Assembly: GCF_000025685.1 (NCBI RefSeq)
Contig: NC_013966.1
Coordinates: 450,001 to 482,000 of the forward strand
Source of the DNA: Haloferax volcanii DS2
GTDB lineage: Archaea > Halobacteriota > Halobacteria > Halobacteriales > Haloferacaceae
Reading direction: 5' to 3'
Length of the DNA stretch: 32,000 nucleotides
Positions 23,683-32,000 of this stretch are shown one piece after another. The notes below the pieces were generated by a model that saw nothing but the letters and a program-made list of their open reading frames with translations, was not told the DNA's origin and ran no database searches. The position numbers and the translations under genes were made by a program. Numbering within the stretch: position 1 is the first letter of the stretch; each line of letters opens with the position of its first letter.

Positions 23683-26165
23683 TGTCACTGGCTGAGAGGA
23701 TTGAAACGGCGACCGAACGCCTCAACACGACAATCGTGGACCGCCCACGCGTAGTCGTCGTCGCCTTTTTGCTGCTCACGGGTGTGTTCATCGGCGGGTT
23801 AGGGTCTGTGCAGATGAGCGCTGGCGGACTCGACGCGTTCACGGATGACTTACCCGAACAGAAAACCCTCGATGAGGTCGAACAGAACTTCGAGCAGCCG
23901 TTCCAGACGGATGCTCAGACGACGACGCAACTCATTCGGACGAAGAGCAACGTTCTGACTCGGGAGGCGCTCGTCCGCGACGCTCGCCTGCTCGAACGCG
24001 TTGCCGAACACGATGAGTACCGGATGGAATCGGCTCGTGGCCCGGCTCCGATCATTGCGCAGCATCTCAATCCGTCGGCGACGACACCGGCAGACTACCG
24101 GCGAACGCTCGAACGGGCGACTCCGTCCGAAATCAGACAGGCCGTTCGCGAACTCGACGACTCGTCCCGACTGTCCGGAGTGGTCTCGAACGATTTCAAT
24201 CCGACCAGCGTCTCCGCGTCTGCCTCGATTACGACGATTTCGCATGACTTCCCGGGGAGCTTCGGTGACGACGACCTGACTGCTGTCCAGACGGACCTCC
24301 AAGCGATTGCTGACGACACGCCGGGCGACGTTCGTGCGTTCGGGTCGGGGACGACCGAAACAGAGATTTCGCAGTCCGTACAGGACTCGCTTCTGATCGT
24401 GATGCCCGTCGTAATCCTGTTGTTACTCTTCTTCTTGGTGGTCGCGTATCGCGACCCCATCGACGTGCTGTTGGGACTTGTCGCACTCGTGATGACGATT
24501 ATCTGGACGTTCGGATTCCTCGGCTATTCGGGGATTCCGTTTAGCCAGCAGATGATTTCGGTCCCGGTGTTACTGCTTGCGGTCGGTGTCGACTTCGGCA
24601 TCCACATTATCAACCGCTACCGAGAAGAGACCGAACGCGGGTTCGAAGCGGTCGAAGCGATGCGAGAAGCGAACACCCAACTCCTCATCGCGTTCGTCAT
24701 CGTCACCGTGACGGCGGTGTTCGGATTCGGCGCAAACGTCATCTCCGACCTGACGCCGATTCGGAATCTGGGTATCGCCTCGGCGGTCGGGATTATCTTC
24801 ACGTTCCTCATCTTCGGGCTGTTTTTACCCGCCACCAAGTTGGTGTGCGACAATGTGCGCACGCGGCTCGGAGTCCCGGAGTTCAACACCGCTCCGATCG
24901 CGTCAGAAGAATCGGCCCTCGGACGAGTGTTAGCGTTCCCTGCGCGGGTGAGCCAACACGCCCCGGCAGTGATCGTCTTGGTGTTGCTGCTATCGAGTAG
25001 TTTGATGGGCGCGTACGGGGCTGGCGTCGGCACCTCGTTCGAAAACGAGGACTTCCTGCCGCCCGAGGAGCTTCCGGCCTACGTCACAGGGCTACCTGAG
25101 CCGTTCAGCCCGGGGGAGTACACGATTACGTCAACCATCAACTTGCTCGATGATAAATTTGGGAGCAGCCAGGGGAGCACGGTGAAAATATACGCCCGAG
25201 GGAACTTCAAGGAAGACCACGCGCTCGAAGCCCTCGCAGCTCCGAACGACAATCCCCCGGAGTCGTTTGCAGTTGGACCCGGTGGGCAGGCAGAGGCCCG
25301 GAACATCGTGACGGTCATTCAATCCCACGCGGAGCGAGACGAAGAGTTCGCTGCCTTAGTCGCCCGGAACGACCAGAACGATAACGGGATTCCCGACCGG
25401 AACCTCGAACGAATTTACGACGAACTGTTCGCTTCCTCAGCGAGTGGGCGGGCCGAACAGTATCTCACTGAGGATTACCGGTCCGCACTGGTCGAATATC
25501 AGACTGACTCTGATGCGTCACAGACGGAAGTGACAACTGGTGGGGAAGAAATGGCAGATGAGTTCCACTTTAAAGCAACGTCTACGGGAGATGTCGTCGT
25601 CCGCGCAGCGGTGATGGACCGTATCTTCCAGTCTGCGATTCAGGGACTCGTCCTCGCGGTCGTCCTGACCGCCGTGTTCCTCGTGGCGATATACGGTGTC
25701 CTGGAGCGGAAACCGCTGCTCGGCGTGGTCAACGTCTTCCCGATACTGATTGCAATCGCGTTCTTGCTCGGGACGATGCGGTATCTGGATATCACGCTGA
25801 ACGCGCTGACCGCGACGATTCTCTCCATCTCGGTCGGGGTCGGCATCGCCTATTCGGTGCACACGACCCACCGCTTCATCGACGAGTTCGACGCGACGAC
25901 GGGCGCGCACGAAGCGATGATGATTACGCTGACTGGAACGGGAGGCGCGTTGTTCGGCAGTATGCTGACGACCGCGTTGGGGACCGGTTCGCTCGCGCTC
26001 GCAATCACGCCGATTCTCGGAAACTTCGGCGTCCTCATCGGCCTGAGCGTCACGTATTCGTTCTTGGCAGCGGTAATCGCACTCCCGCCCGCAGTGTTGC
26101 TCTGGGAACGCATACGGCAATGGGACCTCGACCCGTTGGCGCGACTCCGCCCGGCGACACGATAG
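23682..26165 (+). CDS. MMPL/RND-superfamily exporter (COG1033-like)
   Basis: 827 aa. Two 6-TM bundles (GVDFGIHIINRYREE; VGVGIAYSVHTTHRFIDE) each follow a large soluble loop. The start overlaps the upstream stop (TAATG). Confidence 0.8.
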   Translation: MSLAERIETATERLNTTIVDRPRVVVVAFLLLTGVFIGGLGSVQMSAGGLDAFTDDLPEQKTLDEVEQNFEQPFQTDAQTTTQLIRTKSNVLTREALVRDARLLERVAEHDEYRMESARGPAPIIAQHLNPSATTPADYRRTLERATPSEIRQAVRELDDSSRLSGVVSNDFNPTSVSASASITTISHDFPGSFGDDDLTAVQTDLQAIADDTPGDVRAFGSGTTETEISQSVQDSLLIVMPVVILLLLFFLVVAYRDPIDVLLGLVALVMTIIWTFGFLGYSGIPFSQQMISVPVLLLAVGVDFGIHIINRYREETERGFEAVEAMREANTQLLIAFVIVTVTAVFGFGANVISDLTPIRNLGIASAVGIIFTFLIFGLFLPATKLVCDNVRTRLGVPEFNTAPIASEESALGRVLAFPARVSQHAPAVIVLVLLLSSSLMGAYGAGVGTSFENEDFLPPEELPAYVTGLPEPFSPGEYTITSTINLLDDKFGSSQGSTVKIYARGNFKEDHALEALAAPNDNPPESFAVGPGGQAEARNIVTVIQSHAERDEEFAALVARNDQNDNGIPDRNLERIYDELFASSASGRAEQYLTEDYRSALVEYQTDSDASQTEVTTGGEEMADEFHFKATSTGDVVVRAAVMDRIFQSAIQGLVLAVVLTAVFLVAIYGVLERKPLLGVVNVFPILIAIAFLLGTMRYLDITLNALTATILSISVGVGIAYSVHTTHRFIDEFDATTGAHEAMMITLTGTGGALFGSMLTTALGTGSLALAITPILGNFGVLIGLSVTYSFLAAVIALPPAVLLWERIRQWDLDPLARLRPATR

Positions 26166-26318
26166 GGAGTGGTCCGCCGATTCCGGACGGCGACGGAATC
26201 GGCCGAGTGGGTGTGGGTTCGGTGCCCTTCCTGCTCGCCGTGTTCGGACACGCCGCCTTCGTACTGCGACAAGGGTTGTGACGCCGTGAGTCACGCGGTG
26301 GCGCTCGGCGGGGAGAAC

Positions 26319-26540
26319 TCAGGGAAGAAGCGAGAGCAAATCGATGAGCGTCTGTTTCACCCGCTCGTTCGAGACCGCGTAGCCGACCGCGAACATCAGA
26401 CTGACCACGCACCCGACCGCGACCGATGCGAGGACACCCGAGTCGGACGGGCCGAACACGTAGGCTACCCCCGCCGCGACGATGCCACTCAGCGCGACGA
26501 ACAGCCAACTTCGCCGTGGCGTCAGCCGACTTGCCTCCAT
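26319..26540 (-). CDS. small two-TM hypothetical protein
   Basis: MEASRLTPRRSWLFVALSGIVAAGVAYVFG...VAVGCVVSLMFAVGYAV. The ORF is open to 26582. Confidence 0.35.
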   Translation of the reverse strand: MEASRLTPRRSWLFVALSGIVAAGVAYVFGPSDSGVLASVAVGCVVSLMFAVGYAVSNERVKQTLIDLLSLLP

Positions 26541-26750
26541 GTCGACTATCCTATCGGTTGTCACGAAGAAAACTGTTGTCACCTGCGCGGTCGACGCGGA
26601 GCCGGACCCTCGCCGTCTCGCGAGTCCCGCCGACTCGCGGCCGGCCAGTCGTCAACGCTCTCGATTTCCGAGTCCAGTGACACCGATGTCACCTGCTTTC
26701 GGTCACGTCGCCGAGAAGGTATATAGATTCGACGCGTAGGTGCGCACGTA

Positions 26751-27503
26751 ATGAAAGTCGGCTCCGAGACGAAGCTCTACAAGGCGGAGCGAACCGACGT
26801 CTCCCAGAATCAGGGGAAGTTCCGGACCTACTTCAACTTCCCCGGTCGCGCCCTCCCGGACCACGCGGACCACGGCTACGGCCCGCTCGCGACCATCGTC
26901 GAGTCGTTCATGGACCCCGACACCCACATCGCGATGCATCCCCACCGCGACGAAGAAATCATCTCGTGGGTGCCCGCCGGCGTGATGCGCCACGGCGACC
27001 AAGACGGCAACGACCTCGTCACCGACGCCGACCACCTGATGGTGATGAACGCGGGCGAGACGTTCTGGCACGAGGAGTTCACCCGCGCGGACGACCCGCC
27101 GCTCCGGATGCTCCAGATGTTCGTCCGACCCCACAGCCTCGGGCTGGAGCCGAACATCCAACACGAACCCATCGACGCCCCCGTCGAGGGCGAGTGGCGA
27201 CACCTGTTCGGCCCCGAGGGCTCCGACGTGCCGCTTTTCGTCCGCAACCAAGTGGACCTGTTCGACCTCCGACTCGACGCCGGGTCGAGCGCCGACCTCC
27301 CCGAAATCGAGGGCCGCGACGCGTACTTCTACGTGTTCGACGGCGCGGTCGAGGCCGCCGGCACGCGCTTCGGGAAGACCGAAAGCGGCCTGCTCGTCGA
27401 CGACGCCGGCCTGACGCTCACCGCCGACGAGGACGCCACCGTCGTCGCCTTCCTGGTCGACCCCGACGCGCCCGTCACACGACAGGGAACCATCGGTCGC
27501 TGA
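26751..27503 (+). CDS. pirin-family cupin protein
   Basis: Metal-binding region MHPHRDEEIISWVPAGVMRHGDQDGN, with a bicupin-length protein of 250 aa. Confidence 0.75.
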   Translation: MKVGSETKLYKAERTDVSQNQGKFRTYFNFPGRALPDHADHGYGPLATIVESFMDPDTHIAMHPHRDEEIISWVPAGVMRHGDQDGNDLVTDADHLMVMNAGETFWHEEFTRADDPPLRMLQMFVRPHSLGLEPNIQHEPIDAPVEGEWRHLFGPEGSDVPLFVRNQVDLFDLRLDAGSSADLPEIEGRDAYFYVFDGAVEAAGTRFGKTESGLLVDDAGLTLTADEDATVVAFLVDPDAPVTRQGTIGR

Positions 27504-27581
27504 CCGCGGCCCGACGCGCCGACCCGTCCCCGCCGCGAAGCGCCGCCACCCAACACACTCTCCAACACCCCGCCCAACTCG

Positions 27582-28544
27582 ATGCTCACAGACACCGTCG
27601 GAATCCACCACGTCACGGGAATCGTCCGCGACGCGCAGGCGAACGTCGACTTCTACGCGACGACGCTCGGTCTGCGCCTCGTCAAGCAGACGGTGAACTT
27701 CAACGAGAAGTTCACGCGTCACCTGTTTTACGGCGACGAGACCGGCTCGCCCGGGACGGCCCTGACGTTCTTCCCGTACCCCGCCGAGGAGCCGGGTCGC
27801 CCCGGAACGCCGCAGATTCGGACCGTGTCGCTCGTGATACCCCCCGACGCCGTCGACTACTGGGCCGACCGCCTCACCGACCGCGGCGTCGAAGTCGACG
27901 GCCCGTTCGAGCGGTTCGACGAGACCGTTCTTCGGATTTCGGACCCCGACGGCACCGACCTCGAACTCGTCACCGGCGAGTCGTCGGTCGAACCCTGGGA
28001 TGACGGTCCGGTCCCCGCCGAGCGCGCGATTCGCGGCATCCACGGCGTCACGCTCCACTCGACGAACCCCTTCGTGACCGCAAGCGTGCTCGACACGCTC
28101 GGGTTCGACCTCGTGGCGCAGGAGGGCGACCGCGTCCGCTACCGAGCGCCGGGCGACCGGGCGACCGTCGTGGACCTCCTCGACCGGGACGGGGAGTTCG
28201 GCCGCGAGGGCGCGGGGAGCATCCACCACGTCGCGGTCCGCGTCGAGGACGAGGCCCAGTTGTACGAGTGGCACGACCTGTTCCGCGAGCGCGGCTACGA
28301 CGTGTCGCGGGTGAAAGACAGACACGTGTTCCAGTCGCTGTACGTCCGCGAACCGGGCGGTATCCTGTTCGAACTCGCGACCGACGGTCCCGGTCTGACG
28401 TTCGATGTCGACCCGGAGACGCTCGGGGAGTCGCTGTACCTCCCGCCGTGGCTGGAGGAGGACCGAGAGATGATACAGAACCAACTGCGCCCGCTGGACC
28501 TGCCGGCTGGCGTTGGACCCAGTAGCGACGGCGGGTCGAACTGA
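27582..28544 (+). CDS. ring-cleaving (extradiol-type) dioxygenase of the VOC/glyoxalase family
   Basis: GIHHVTGIVRDAQANVDFYATTLGLRLVKQTVNF..HLFYGDE..PGTALTFF. A second VOC module reads GIHGVTLHS...HHVAVRVED... Confidence 0.8.
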   Translation: MLTDTVGIHHVTGIVRDAQANVDFYATTLGLRLVKQTVNFNEKFTRHLFYGDETGSPGTALTFFPYPAEEPGRPGTPQIRTVSLVIPPDAVDYWADRLTDRGVEVDGPFERFDETVLRISDPDGTDLELVTGESSVEPWDDGPVPAERAIRGIHGVTLHSTNPFVTASVLDTLGFDLVAQEGDRVRYRAPGDRATVVDLLDRDGEFGREGAGSIHHVAVRVEDEAQLYEWHDLFRERGYDVSRVKDRHVFQSLYVREPGGILFELATDGPGLTFDVDPETLGESLYLPPWLEEDREMIQNQLRPLDLPAGVGPSSDGGSN

Positions 28545-29248
28545 TGGCTCCCCGTCCGACCACGCCCCGGTCCGCAACCGACCCCCACGAGGGACAGGAG
28601 ATTGCGACGGCCGGCGCGCCGCCGCAGGTCGCCGACGCGGCCGTTATCATGCTCCACGGCCGCGGGTCGAAAGCGCGGCACGTCCTCACGCTCGTCGACG
28701 AGTTCCTCCACCGGGGCGTGATGTACCTCGCGCCGCAGGCCGCCGGGAGTTCGTGGTATCCCGCCCCGGCCGCCAGTCCCATCGAGCGAAACGAGCCGTG
28801 GCTCACCTCCGCGCTCGGCCGGGTGTCGGCCGCGCTCGATATCGCCACCGACACCGGGGTTCCCCCCGAGCGCGTCGTCTTTTTCGGGTTCTCGCAGGGC
28901 GCGTGCCTCGCCGCCGAGTTCGCGCTTCGGAACCCCCGCCGGTACGGCGGCCTCGTCGCGCTCTCGGGAAGCCTCCTCGGCCCCGACCTCGGGAGCCGGC
29001 CCGCCGGCGACGACGGCAATGGCGACCACGACAATCACGGCAGCGACGCCGACCTCGGCGGCACGCCGGTTTTCTTCGGAAGCGGCCGCGACGACCCCCG
29101 CGTCGAGACCGACCGCGTCGAGGCGTCGGCCCGCGTCTTCGCGGAACTCGGCGCCGACGCGACGAGTCGGCTGTACGAGGGACTGGGCCACGCCATCAAC
29201 GACGACGAAATCCGGGTCATCGACTCGTTCATCGAGCGACTCGACTGA
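28544..29248 (+). CDS. phospholipase/carboxylesterase-family alpha/beta hydrolase
   Basis: VIMLHGRGS.., the nucleophile elbow GFSQGA, and a C-terminal ..GLGHAI. The start overlaps the dioxygenase stop. Confidence 0.75.
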   Translation: MAPRPTTPRSATDPHEGQEIATAGAPPQVADAAVIMLHGRGSKARHVLTLVDEFLHRGVMYLAPQAAGSSWYPAPAASPIERNEPWLTSALGRVSAALDIATDTGVPPERVVFFGFSQGACLAAEFALRNPRRYGGLVALSGSLLGPDLGSRPAGDDGNGDHDNHGSDADLGGTPVFFGSGRDDPRVETDRVEASARVFAELGADATSRLYEGLGHAINDDEIRVIDSFIERLD

Positions 29249-29386
29249 CGCGCGATGCGGTCGTTTTCAGAGTTACGGGGCGATAGCCGCGCGGCTACGC
29301 GGTGGTCGTGCCGTCGAAGAAAAACGGGGCGGAGGGAGCGAGAAAACGTGGTCGGCCGGACCGACCGGGCCGACCGGGATCGCCGA

Positions 29387-29971
29387 TTAGACCTCGTCGA
29401 TGAGGGAGCCGAAGACGGACTCGGCGTCGGCGGGCACGTCGAAGTCGTGGTAGTGCTCGCCTTTCTCCTTCGAGAGGATGTTGAGGGCGGCGGCCGCGCC
29501 GTCGCCGGCGGAGATGACGGCCTGCCACTCCTCGGCGCGGACCATCGCGCCCGTGGCGTAGGCGTCCTCGACGCTCGTCTCCATCGTCACGTCCACGTCG
29601 ACGAGGTCGTCGTCGAACGCGCAGCCGAGGGACTCCGCGAGGTCACGGTTCGCACCCGTGGCGAGCACGACGTAGTCGGCCTCGTACTCGTCGTCGTCGG
29701 TCGCGACGACGAACCCGTCGTCGCTCTCGCTCACGTCGGTGACTTCCTCGCCTTGGTGGCGCTCCGCGTCGAAGTGGTCGACCTGCGTGCGGAGCGTCTC
29801 CATGTAGTTCGAGCCGTCGATGGAGCCGATTCCGGGATAGTTGAACAGGTGCGCCTTGTGCATCCACGTTTGGTCGGTGTCGAAGACCGTCGTGGAGAGT
29901 CCGTTCTTCGCGGCGAAGAGGGCGGTTGTCAGACCAGCGGGACCGCCGCCGATGACGATTACGTCTGCCAT
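29387..29971 (-). CDS. short thioredoxin-reductase-like FAD-dependent oxidoreductase (194 aa)
   Basis: MADVIVIGGGPAGLTTALFAAKNG (dinucleotide-binding GxGxxG) and a C-terminal ..AYATGAMVR..QAVISAGDGAAAAL. The ORF-track start 30496 is an Arg-rich extension across the divergent promoter and is rejected. Confidence 0.75.
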   Translation of the reverse strand: MADVIVIGGGPAGLTTALFAAKNGLSTTVFDTDQTWMHKAHLFNYPGIGSIDGSNYMETLRTQVDHFDAERHQGEEVTDVSESDDGFVVATDDDEYEADYVVLATGANRDLAESLGCAFDDDLVDVDVTMETSVEDAYATGAMVRAEEWQAVISAGDGAAAALNILSKEKGEHYHDFDVPADAESVFGSLIDEV

Positions 29972-30142
29972 GTTCCATGCACTAGCGTACTCGATAAAGA
30001 AACCCGGTAAAGCGGACATTTTGTATTCCTCTCGATTACCAGCGACCGTGTGGCACGACGCTTGGCGCGCCCTGAGACACCCCCGACGCAGTCGGTTCCG
30101 GATTCCCCTCACTCTTAATGTCCCGGTTCGTGTGCCTCGTCT

Positions 30143-31030
30143 ATGGACCGCGACCGACTCCTCGCCGCCGCCCCGCTTCTCGCGGCGAGCATCTGGGGCG
30201 GGATGTACGTCGTCAGCAAGTGGGGGTTCCGGTCGATACCGCCGCTGACGCTCGCGTTCCTCAGAATCGCACTCGGTGCGGGCGTCCTCTACATCGCCGT
30301 GCGGGCGACCACGCCCGCACGGTCGTTCGACCGAAGCGAGTGGCGACGGTTCGCGGCACTCGCCGTCTGGCTGACCGCGGCGCTTTCGACCCAGTTCGTG
30401 GGAACCGATTTGACGAACGCGAGTCAGGGCTCGTTGCTGACCGTGTTGACTCCGGTGTTCATGCTCGTACTGGGGGTAACAGCGCTCGGCGAGCATCTCA
30501 CGCGCCGGAAATCGCTCGGGACGGCGCTCGCAACGGTCGGGACGCTCGTCGTCCTCTCGGGGCAGTACGACGCGGCCGCGCTCGCCGGCGGGAGCGTCTC
30601 GGGCGTCGCGTTACTCCTGTTTTCGTCGCTCTGTTTCGCCGCGTTTTCCGTGTTCGCAAAGCCGCTCATCCGGCGGTACTCGGCGCTCGAAACCGCGACG
30701 TACGCAACGGTGCTGTCGGTACCGCTGTTCGGCGCGTTGGTCCCGGTGGAGTTCTATCTCGACCCGGCGGCGTTCGGTTCGATTTCGCCCTCGCTTCCGG
30801 TCGTGGGCGCGGTGCTCTACCTCGGCCTCTTGAGCACCGCGGCCGCGTGGTACTGCTGGTACAAAGGAATGGAGTACGCGGACGCGAGCGCCGTCGGCGT
30901 CTTCTTCTTCGCTCAGCCGGTCGTCGGCATCCTGCTCGGGGCCGTCTTCCTGCGCGAACCGGTCGGCCTCGAACTCCTCGGCGGGGGCGCTGTTCTCGCT
31001 GTCGGAGTCCTTCTCGTGAACACGGACTGA
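30143..31030 (+). CDS. EamA/DMT-superfamily transporter
   Basis: 295 aa, about 10 TM, two EamA-like halves. A TATA-like CTTAATG lies about 25 nt upstream, which suggests a leaderless transcript. Confidence 0.8.
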   Translation: MDRDRLLAAAPLLAASIWGGMYVVSKWGFRSIPPLTLAFLRIALGAGVLYIAVRATTPARSFDRSEWRRFAALAVWLTAALSTQFVGTDLTNASQGSLLTVLTPVFMLVLGVTALGEHLTRRKSLGTALATVGTLVVLSGQYDAAALAGGSVSGVALLLFSSLCFAAFSVFAKPLIRRYSALETATYATVLSVPLFGALVPVEFYLDPAAFGSISPSLPVVGAVLYLGLLSTAAAWYCWYKGMEYADASAVGVFFFAQPVVGILLGAVFLREPVGLELLGGGAVLAVGVLLVNTD

Positions 31031-31087
31031 CGGGGCGTCGTCGCGTCGGCCGAGCCCGGAGCCGGCCGATGTGACGGCGTTCGCCGG

Positions 31088-31270
31088 CTACTCTTCCAGT
31101 TGCGACTCGGCGAACGAGACGGCGAAGTGGTCGCGCATCTCGCGGCGAAGCATCTCGCTCATCACCTCGTAGACGACCGGTTGCGGGTACTTCTCCAGCA
31201 GCGCGGCGAGTTCGACGGCGCAGTCGGACTTCAGGGCGGCGAATTCGGCGGTCCACGGTGGGTTGCTCAT
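31088..31270 (-). CDS. small hypothetical protein (60 aa)
   Basis: MSNPPWTAEFAALKSDCAVELAALLEKYPQPVVYEVMSEMLRREMRDHFAVSFAESQLEE. The ORF is open to 31327. Confidence 0.45.
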   Translation of the reverse strand: MSNPPWTAEFAALKSDCAVELAALLEKYPQPVVYEVMSEMLRREMRDHFAVSFAESQLEE

Positions 31271-31355
31271 TACCCGCACAACCTCTCCCGCGTAGTTATG
31301 AATTTTGATTGAAACAAACGGAGACAATCGACGGCCTCTGTCGCGTCACTCACCG

Positions 31356-31436
31356 AAAAATGTGCCGTGCGTTCGGGAGGGTGCCGGTTTGGCGGGGCGA
31401 ACTCGCCTCGCCGGATGCCCTCGGTCGGGCACCCTC
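31356..31436 (-). terminator. candidate sod terminator: nested hairpin followed by a T5 tract on the minus strand
   Basis: GAGGGTGCC (31377..31385) pairs with GGCACCCTC (31428..31436). These enclose an 8-bp inner hairpin at 31391..31412. A5 on the plus strand at 31356..31360 gives T5 on the transcript strand, downstream of the sod stop at 31492. Confidence 0.4.
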
Positions 31437-31491
31437 TCACGGTAACCTGTGGTCGCGCGGGAAGCGCGTGGTTCGGCTGCGCTACGCTGCG

Positions 31492-32000
31492 TTACTCGAA
31501 GAGTTCGACGGCCTGCTCGTAGCGAGCGGCGGGTTCGTCCCAGTCGACGACCTCGAAGAACGCGGAGACGAAGTCGCCGCGGGCCGGGCCGTAGTCGTGG
31601 TAGTACGAGTGCTCCCAGACGTCCAGCGCGAGGATGGGATGGCTACCCCAGAGCGCGCCCTGGTCGTGCTTGTCGACGACGACGTTCCGAAGCTGGTTCG
31701 AGAACGAGTCGTACACCAGAAGCGCCCAGCCGCCGGCCGCGCCGGCCGCCGCTTCGAATTCACCCTTCCACGCCTCGTAGGAACCGAAGTCCTCCGCGAT
31801 GCGCTCTGCGAGCGCACCCTCGGGCTCGTCGCCGCCTTCCGGCGACATGTTCTGCCAGAACAGGTCGTGCAGAATGTGTCCCGAGCCGTTGTGGGTGACG
31901 TTGCGGAGCGCGCCGGCGGACGAGCCGAACTCGCCTGCTTCGCGGTTCTCGGCGAGGGTCTCCTCGGCCGCGTTCCAGCCGTTGACGTAGCCCTGGTGGT
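31492..32000 (-). CDS. sod: Fe/Mn superoxide dismutase, C-terminal ~169 codons; the N-terminus lies beyond the right window edge
   Basis: Reverse translation reads HHQGYVNGWNAAEETLAENREAGEF...HNGSGHILHDLFWQNMSPEGG...WALLVYD...ILALDVWEHSYYHDYGPARGDFVSAFFEVVDW... The ORF track shows only the internal-Met part, 31492..31848. Confidence 0.9.
   Translation of the reverse strand, partial: HQGYVNGWNAAEETLAENREAGEFGSSAGALRNVTHNGSGHILHDLFWQNMSPEGGDEPEGALAERIAEDFGSYEAWKGEFEAAAGAAGGWALLVYDSFSNQLRNVVVDKHDQGALWGSHPILALDVWEHSYYHDYGPARGDFVSAFFEVVDWDEPAARYEQAVELFE

Noticed and set aside
26703-28577. 624-aa minus-strand ORF, the longest in that area
   Set aside because: Its Arg/Val/Gly-rich composition is typical of an antisense frame in high-G+C DNA. 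It overlaps three plus-strand genes with clear pirin, VOC-dioxygenase and esterase motifs. The same reasoning rejects 28048..29034, 28295..29191, 25518..26294, 16970..17785, 16582..17535, 30118..31074, 30666..31256, 31449..31898 and 18630..19223.
29972-30496. 175-codon N-terminal extension of the TrxR-like ORF
   Set aside because: It is Arg-rich and runs across the AT-rich divergent promoter, antisense into the EamA gene. The Rossmann GxGxxG motif directly follows ATG 29971.
1-32000. Search by eye for CRISPR arrays, tRNA/rRNA genes and integrase genes
   Set aside because: I found no regularly spaced direct repeats, no tRNA-like GTTCGAATC/CCA-type arms outside coding frames, and no tyrosine- or serine-recombinase motifs. 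A tRNAscan/Infernal/minCED run would be needed to exclude them formally.

Overview
High-G+C haloarchaeal (class Halobacteria-type) DNA with acidic proteomes, GTG/TTG starts and ISH-type insertion sequences. The window splits into two parts.

(A) About 1-16.3 kb is a mosaic accessory region with visibly lower G+C. It holds:
- an edge-truncated XPB/Rad25 helicase that is absent from the ORF track
- several small orphan and Zn-ribbon genes
- two full ISH3-family IS copies plus one 59-bp remnant, and one IS4/ISH8-like IS
- a rhomboid-like gene and an extra TFB paralog
- a usp gene cleanly split by an IS, an SLC13/TrkA-C transporter and a tandem Usp
- a ParA-type partition module preceded by an iteron field

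(B) About 17-32 kb looks like ordinary high-G+C core DNA. It holds:
- a phnE-phnE permease pair and a hypothetical Zn-ribbon protein
- RNase HI and an RNA-ligase-family protein
- a TetR + COG1361 surface protein + MMPL/RND exporter cluster
- a pirin + ring-cleaving dioxygenase + carboxylesterase cluster
- a short TrxR-like flavoprotein, an EamA transporter and an edge-truncated Fe/Mn superoxide dismutase

I found no rRNA, tRNA or CRISPR array by eye. I could not identify a clear new multi-gene system.

The most unusual signals are cis elements shared between otherwise unrelated accessory genes:
- a ~42-bp palindromic element present twice, each time between a Zn-ribbon gene and a small downstream gene
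- a ~33-bp promoter cassette shared by the TFB paralog and an orphan gene
- a GTTCA iteron field at parA
- a ~670-bp non-coding gap at the accessory/core junction

All functional calls rest on my recognition of motifs in the translations; no database search was run.
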